Shown here: positions 58,616 through 64,000 of the stretch, in pieces | How the letters are laid out: each line of letters opens with the position of its first letter | Numbering within the stretch: the first letter of the stretch is position 1 | Assembly (NCBI GenBank): GCA_039799905.1 | Contig: JBDLRP010000024.1 | Location: 15,064 to 79,063, forward strand | Length of the DNA stretch: 64,000 nt | Source of the DNA: Pseudomonadota bacterium | GTDB taxonomy: Bacteria > Bdellovibrionota_B > Oligoflexia > Silvanigrellales > Silvanigrellaceae | Reading direction: 5' to 3' | The notes under the pieces: generated by a model | Database searches by the model: none | Told to the model about the DNA's origin: nothing | What the model saw: the letters and a program-made list of their open reading frames with translations, nothing else | Position numbers and translations under genes: made by a program

Positions 58616-60354
58616 GTGCAATCCTGAATTGGTTTCTGACGAATCCATTTGTTGCATTCATTATCCTCGTTGGCATTGTCGTTTTTGTTCATGAGCTCGG
58701 TCACTATCTTGCCGGGTTGTGGATGGGTATCGCCGTCGAAGAATTCAGCCTTGGATTCGGACCGACCGCGTGGTCATTCAAGCGCGGCCGCACCGAATAC
58801 AAAATCTGTTGGTTGCCGTTGGGTGGCTACGTGCGGTTTTTCGGAATGGAAAGCGATCAGCCCGTGCCACCTGAATTGGTCGGTAAGGCGCTCAATACGG
58901 CGCCCGTTTACAAGCGTTCGATTATTTCTGTGGCGGGTCCTTTTGCCAACTTTGTGCTCAGCGTTATTGTGATGGTGATTCTCTCCAATGTCGGCTTGCC
59001 GCAAGCGGCTCCTGTGGTGAGTGTCATGCCTGAAGGTGTTGCCCGCCAATCGGGAATGCAGACCGGCGACACCATCAACGCAATTGCCGGTGAAAAAGTC
59101 CGCTCTTGGAATGACATCAACCGGCTCATTTCGGGCCGTCCGGAAATGCCCACGGAAGTTGAAGTCAATCGCGCCGGCCAGAGCGTGGTTTTGCAGATGA
59201 CACCGGCAAAAGAAATGGGCGAGTCGCTGTTCGGTGAACCGACTCCGGTGGGGCGGATCGGAGTGTCGCAATTTTTTCAGACTCCGCGCGTGATGGTGCT
59301 TGCAGGTGAAAATATTTTCACGAGAAGCGGGTTGAAATCCGGCGACAAAATTGTCGAAGTCAATGGTCAAAAAATAAAAGCTTTGCATGAAGCCGAACAG
59401 TTGCTGGCACAGGGCCCGGCGACTTTGGTTGTCGAGCGCAGCGAGAATCTCACGGCTGAATCGCTGCTCATTTTGACTGATCCGAAACAGGCTCAGGCGA
59501 TGGGCGGTCCGCAGCCTTCGTTGCAGACACTGCGTTTCGACTCGCCCTTGACAGCGCAGGATTGGTCGGCATTTGTGCGCTCGACCGACATGATGGTCCG
59601 CACGTATGAGACGCTCACCAAAAGCGACCGCAAGATTCCCGCCAAGGAAGCTTGGCAGAGTTGCGGTTTGCGCGAAGGAGATGTCTTCTTTGAGCTCACC
59701 TCCAAGGGAAGTTTGCAGAGTCCGGTGGAGCTGTCTTTTGTTTTGCAGAAACTCATCCGCACCGACGATGCCGGTCCCGCCTCGTTGCAGTGGCGGGTGA
59801 TGAACCTGCAGGATGCGGGCTTGCGCACTCTGGATTGTACGATTCCTCGGCGTGGCACGATGGATGCCCTCAGCCGCAATCAGTGGGTCGTTGATTTGCC
59901 GGTCTCATTTGTTACGCGTGGTGTGTCGGTCGATCCGGTCATTCTCCGTAGTGAGTCATTTGTTGCGTCGTTGAGCGACGGTTTTAAAGCAACCCTTAAT
60001 CAGTCGGCAACAATTCTGACCGCGATTAAAAAACTCTTCACAGGTGATGTGCCGCTTAAAAACCTCGGCGGCCCAATCGCCATTGCACGCGTCGCAGGAG
60101 ATGCCGCCGAAGGCGGTCTGCTGATGTTCGTGCTGACGATTTCGTTCATGAGTCTCAACATCGGCTTGTTCAATCTATTGCCTCTGCCAGCCCTCGATGG
60201 CGGACATCTGCTGATGCAGGGAGTTGAAGCTGCGTATGGAAAACCATTGCCTATGAAGGTGCAGCTCGCAGTTCAGCGCCTCGGTGTGGCTGTTCTGCTG
60301 GGTCTCATTGTGCTGGTCTTCTTCAACGACCTGCTGCGTCTTTTCCGCTCGTGA
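58612..60354 (+). CDS. rseP: RIP metalloprotease RseP with an extended PDZ region
   Basis: HELGH, FSLGFG, PLGGYVR, AGPFAN, NLLPLPALDGGH. Confidence 0.95.
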   Translation: MSAILNWFLTNPFVAFIILVGIVVFVHELGHYLAGLWMGIAVEEFSLGFGPTAWSFKRGRTEYKICWLPLGGYVRFFGMESDQPVPPELVGKALNTAPVYKRSIISVAGPFANFVLSVIVMVILSNVGLPQAAPVVSVMPEGVARQSGMQTGDTINAIAGEKVRSWNDINRLISGRPEMPTEVEVNRAGQSVVLQMTPAKEMGESLFGEPTPVGRIGVSQFFQTPRVMVLAGENIFTRSGLKSGDKIVEVNGQKIKALHEAEQLLAQGPATLVVERSENLTAESLLILTDPKQAQAMGGPQPSLQTLRFDSPLTAQDWSAFVRSTDMMVRTYETLTKSDRKIPAKEAWQSCGLREGDVFFELTSKGSLQSPVELSFVLQKLIRTDDAGPASLQWRVMNLQDAGLRTLDCTIPRRGTMDALSRNQWVVDLPVSFVTRGVSVDPVILRSESFVASLSDGFKATLNQSATILTAIKKLFTGDVPLKNLGGPIAIARVAGDAAEGGLLMFVLTISFMSLNIGLFNLLPLPALDGGHLLMQGVEAAYGKPLPMKVQLAVQRLGVAVLLGLIVLVFFNDLLRLFRS

Positions 60355-60368
60355 GAGGTTTATAACGC

Positions 60369-61040
60369 GTGGAAAATGTCTGCCGGAAAAAAAACGCCGC
60401 TCTCATTTGCACGCACAAGCGCGGTGCGGCGCTCGCGTTATTTCCTAACGATGATGGCGGGCTCAAAGAGTCATTGTTTGCCGCGCAGGGGCATCTTTCG
60501 CAATTGTCCGCCAGTTTGCCGCACACGACTCAGCTGCAGCTGACCGGTGCCATGGCAGAATTTCTGCATCATCGTGAAGGCGGTTTTTTTTATGCGACGT
60601 GCGCTGGCTTGACCGCTGAAAATCTCGCAGAGCTCTATCGTTTTGCGCTCGCTTCGCTCGAATGCCATGATGCCGCGGTGGACGTGCTCGGGGTTGTCGA
60701 AGGACCAGGGTCTTTTACCGGTCTGCGCTTGGGTTGTGCCTTTGTGAACGGTCTCAAAATCGGCCGCAATCGCGATCTTTATGCGATCGGCGGACTGCAT
60801 CCAGCGGAGGTCCGGCAGCGTTGTTCATCGCTTGCTGCGGAATGTCGTCCGGCATTTTTCTCTGCAGAATCAGCCGAAGCGGACGACCCGTTTGCAGTGC
60901 CGGCGGCGTTTGCCGACCTGCTTGCACATCTCGAGAATTGGCAGCGCGGGTCGGCGCGGAGTGTTGCAGTTGCGGAGCCAGCCTATGGCCGTGATCCGAC
61001 ACCGGTGATCAAACTGAAGCAACACATGGGAGCTCCATGA
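60369..61040 (+). CDS. tsaB: tRNA threonylcarbamoyladenosine biosynthesis protein TsaB (divergent)
   Basis: GPGSFTGLRLG motif, C-terminal EPAY, position after rseP; the rest is poorly recognisable. Confidence 0.72.
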   Translation: MENVCRKKNAALICTHKRGAALALFPNDDGGLKESLFAAQGHLSQLSASLPHTTQLQLTGAMAEFLHHREGGFFYATCAGLTAENLAELYRFALASLECHDAAVDVLGVVEGPGSFTGLRLGCAFVNGLKIGRNRDLYAIGGLHPAEVRQRCSSLAAECRPAFFSAESAEADDPFAVPAAFADLLAHLENWQRGSARSVAVAEPAYGRDPTPVIKLKQHMGAP

Positions 61041-61041
61041 C

Positions 61042-61950
61042 ATGACGGGAGGAAGTACGGGAGTGGGCAATGTTCATGACCTGTCGACGCGTAGACGCGG
61101 TGTGAAGGCAAGCATCTATCTGCTGCCTAATATGATCACTGCTGCTTCATTATTTTTCGGCTTTTTGGCGATGAAATTTGCCGTAGAAGGTCGGCTTGGC
61201 GAGGGCGATCCGAAATATTTCTTGTGGGCGGCCTATGCCATTCTGGCGGCCGCGGTGTGTGACGGTCTTGATGGCAGTGTCGCGCGCCTGACCCGCACGC
61301 AAAGTGCTTTTGGCGTGCAGCTCGACTCGTTGTGCGACATGGTGTCGTTCGGAGTAGCGCCGGCGGTGGTCATCTATAATTTCGCGCTGTACGGTTCGGC
61401 CCGCCTGGGATTTGCCGCCTGCTTCATTTATGCCGTCTGCGGAGCTTTGCGTCTTGCGCGATTCAATGTGCAGAGTTCGGTCGGCAAAGCGAGCGGTAAC
61501 TTCACCGGGATTCCCATCCCGATGGCGGCGATGCCGTTGTGTGCCTTCATCATGTCGCAATTTGAATTTCAAGGCTGGACAGTCGCCAACGGTTACTCGG
61601 AATGGGCCGTGCAGCTTGCCGAAACACTGATGCGCCCCGACGTTCGCAATCTCTTTCTTGTTCTGCTGATGTTCGCACTCGCGCTGGGAATGATCAGCAC
61701 ATTCGAATATGTCAGCACAAAGAATATCAAGCTGCCGCGCAAACGTCCGTTCCGGTTTCTCGCCTTCGTGCTGATGCTCACGGTTTTGCTGTTTACGCTT
61801 GAATTTACCGTAACGCTTTCTTTGCTGTTAATCCTGTACTGCCTGCACGGACCTGTCATGTGGCTGTTTTTCAAGCGCGACAGAACCGCAGAAGAAGAAG
61901 AACTTTTCATTGCAGGCGATGAAGACGATGAGGAGGAGACTCACACATGA
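61042..61950 (+). CDS. pssA: CDP-diacylglycerol--serine O-phosphatidyltransferase
   Basis: LPNMIT, DGLDGSVAR...FGVQLDSLCDMVSFGVAP, ALRLARFN, FTGIPIP. Confidence 0.93.
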   Translation: MTGGSTGVGNVHDLSTRRRGVKASIYLLPNMITAASLFFGFLAMKFAVEGRLGEGDPKYFLWAAYAILAAAVCDGLDGSVARLTRTQSAFGVQLDSLCDMVSFGVAPAVVIYNFALYGSARLGFAACFIYAVCGALRLARFNVQSSVGKASGNFTGIPIPMAAMPLCAFIMSQFEFQGWTVANGYSEWAVQLAETLMRPDVRNLFLVLLMFALALGMISTFEYVSTKNIKLPRKRPFRFLAFVLMLTVLLFTLEFTVTLSLLLILYCLHGPVMWLFFKRDRTAEEEELFIAGDEDDEEETHT

Positions 61951-63026
61951 AACCACTGACTCTTGGAATTGTCGGCGCCACTGGTGTCGTCGGACAAACT
62001 GCCCTCGATATTTTGGCTGATGGCCAGCTTTCCTTTCCACTGAAATCTGTGAGGGTGTTCGCCTCACCGGCATCAGTCGGTAAACGGCTCTCACTTGGCA
62101 GCCAGAATCTGGTCGTCGAGGCAACTGAAGCCGATGCACTTGCGCAGTGTGATGCTGTGCTCTTCGCATCCGAGTCGGATATTTCAAAGCGCTTTATTCC
62201 TGCGCTGGTGGAGCGCGGAATTCTTTGCGTGGACAAGTCGTCGGCGTTTCGTGATGACCCTGAGGTGCCGCTCGTTGTGCCCGAGGTCAATGGCGCGCTG
62301 TTGAAGAAGGATGCCATCAGCAAGAAAACTCTTGTGGCGAACCCGAACTGCTGCACGACGCCGCTGGTCATGGTGCTTGACGTTATCCGTAAGAATTTTG
62401 GTTTGAAGCGCGTGATTGTCTCCACCTACCAGAGCGTTTCGGGTGCCGGTAAGCCGGGGCTTGAGGTTCTCGAGGAAGAATCGCGGCAGTTCTTTCAGGC
62501 GCAGGATTTGTCGGTCAAGTCGTCGCGCGCATTTCCCAAGTCTATCGCGTTCAACGTAATGCCCTTTGTCGCCAAGATCCTGCCCAACGGGGATACCGAC
62601 GAAGAGAGTAAGATTATCTTTGAAACTCGCAAGATTCTTTCAATGCCCGAACTGCCGGTCGAGGCCACCAGCGTGCGAGTGCCAACGTTTGTAGGACACG
62701 CTGAATCTGTCACGGTGGAAACGGATCGGCCGGTGGATGTTGCTTTGCTTGAAAAGATGCTGGCAGCGGCAGATGGCATTGCAGTCGTTGCAAATGAAAA
62801 CCCCGCCCCTGTTGCCGACCCCGAGAGCGCGCCCGACGTCGCTTTTTTCCCGACCCCGCGGGAAGTGCAGGGACGCGACGAGGTTCTCGTGGGCCGCATC
62901 CGGACAGCCAAGGTTTTTGCCAACGGCGTGTCACTTTGGCTGGTCTCTGATAACCTTCGTAAAGGAGCCGCGTTGAATGCCCTGCAGGTCGTCGAGTCCT
63001 GCGCCAAGAACGGTCTCTTCGGTTGA
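61947..63026 (+). CDS. asd: aspartate-semialdehyde dehydrogenase
   Basis: GATGVVG, DKSSAFR, PLVVPEVN, ANPNCCT, STYQSVSGAG, RVP..GHAES, DNLRKGAALNA. Confidence 0.97.
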   Translation: MKPLTLGIVGATGVVGQTALDILADGQLSFPLKSVRVFASPASVGKRLSLGSQNLVVEATEADALAQCDAVLFASESDISKRFIPALVERGILCVDKSSAFRDDPEVPLVVPEVNGALLKKDAISKKTLVANPNCCTTPLVMVLDVIRKNFGLKRVIVSTYQSVSGAGKPGLEVLEEESRQFFQAQDLSVKSSRAFPKSIAFNVMPFVAKILPNGDTDEESKIIFETRKILSMPELPVEATSVRVPTFVGHAESVTVETDRPVDVALLEKMLAAADGIAVVANENPAPVADPESAPDVAFFPTPREVQGRDEVLVGRIRTAKVFANGVSLWLVSDNLRKGAALNALQVVESCAKNGLFG

Positions 63027-63106
63027 TCCATGCGCGAACTGACTTCGCGCTGCACAACCGCTGAGACGTGGGCGCGCGCAAATTTGATTTTCAAGGAGAT
63101 GGTGGA

Positions 63107-64000
63107 ATGGCATTGAGGCCAAACGCTTTTGTGGTGACAGCGGGAGCTTTACTCCTGACCTCGTTTCTTGCCTGCGGTCGTCCCGATGAGGCGAACGTTG
63201 CGAGCTTGCAGTCGCAATCGGATGCGCGTGAGTCGTCCTTCTTTGCAGACACGTCTTCCATTCAGGACGTCAGTCTGCGCGACAAAGATGGCACTTCTAC
63301 TGTCATCACACCGTCCTATTTACCCAAGGCGGGTGAAGCTTCGGTTGAGCTTGATTTGGTTTTTTATCCGCGCTTTTCGGTGCCGACACAGTCTAAATTC
63401 GTTTACGACAAATCGAAATGGGTCATCGTTGTCGGCAAGAACACGGACTATGTGACCGGAGCCAACATTCTCGAGATTAACGAGGACGGAAACTTCACCT
63501 CGGGAGAAATCCGCGAGGGGCAAATCAAAATGCGCTTTCGCCTGACAACCTTGCCTCAATGGCCCGACAAACTCACCAGCGATGCCGCTCTTGATATTGT
63601 CGATGGCCGAAAAGCGCTCAAAATTCAGCCGTACTACAGCCTTGAAGGGGCAGTGCCACCGGGCAATGCAGGAACAATCCAGGGGTTGTCCGCCGCCTAC
63701 ATGAAGGACGATATTGGCGCGATTGTCGCGCCTTCCGAAATCGGCTCACCAGTTGTCACAGACGGCGCGTTTTCCTTCGATTTCAAACCCCCCGCCGATA
63801 CGACAGCCGCTGACACCTCCACTGGCAGCATTACGTCAGTGGGTAAATCCAACGTTTCCGCATTTGTCGTCGTTTACTGGAAGGATTCTGAATGCCGAGC
63901 CGGCGGCTGGACGTTCAAACCCAATAAAGTTTTCGACAAAACCAAAGCGTTCGCCGATCTCGCTTGCTCCTATGGCGGCCTTGATGCAGCAGTGGCTGGC
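63107..64000 (+). CDS. large hypothetical lipoprotein, runs off the right edge
   Basis: Not in the ORF track; translated by hand from ATG 63107 after AAGGAG. Reads MALRPNAFVVTAGALLLTSFLACGRPDE (lipobox FLAC) and stays open for 298 codons to the window end. Confidence 0.8.
   Translation, partial: MALRPNAFVVTAGALLLTSFLACGRPDEANVASLQSQSDARESSFFADTSSIQDVSLRDKDGTSTVITPSYLPKAGEASVELDLVFYPRFSVPTQSKFVYDKSKWVIVVGKNTDYVTGANILEINEDGNFTSGEIREGQIKMRFRLTTLPQWPDKLTSDAALDIVDGRKALKIQPYYSLEGAVPPGNAGTIQGLSAAYMKDDIGAIVAPSEIGSPVVTDGAFSFDFKPPADTTAADTSTGSITSVGKSNVSAFVVVYWKDSECRAGGWTFKPNKVFDKTKAFADLACSYGGLDAAVAG

Overview
This is a gene-dense bacterial chromosome segment with about 50 CDS. I found no rRNA, tRNA, CRISPR array, integrase, transposase or phage genes. 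The backbone is housekeeping: TetR-TolC-RND adaptor efflux operon (cut by the left edge), rel, hemB, clpP-clpX-lon, uvrB-truA-ArnT-like, asnS, pyrG, hemL-dtd-phoR-like, phoB-like, orphan nuoB, NAD kinase, ppiD-like, mreC-mreD-mrdA-rodA-cytochrome c-ruvC, hisS and uppS-rseP-tsaB-pssA-asd. Many secreted or lipoprotein orphans are interspersed. The DUF3015 pair, Cys-rich lipoproteins and secreted hydrolases suggest a Bdellovibrionota/Oligoflexia-like organism (inference, no search run). I cannot prove a new system from sequence alone. The best candidates are: (1) an 11-kb co-oriented cluster (26371-37557) encoding an orphan protein, an AsnB-like amidotransferase, a lipoprotein, a membrane HK-REC-adenylyl cyclase, an LprI/RsiV-like fusion and an HExxH-bearing secreted protein; (2) sigma28-like promoters in front of non-flagellar secreted proteins, including a mirror-symmetric divergent promoter between a Tat-lipoprotein and a lipase that sit between phoR and phoB; (3) a trypsin-family protease with an APCDD1-like N-terminal domain. 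All family calls are motif recognition by eye.
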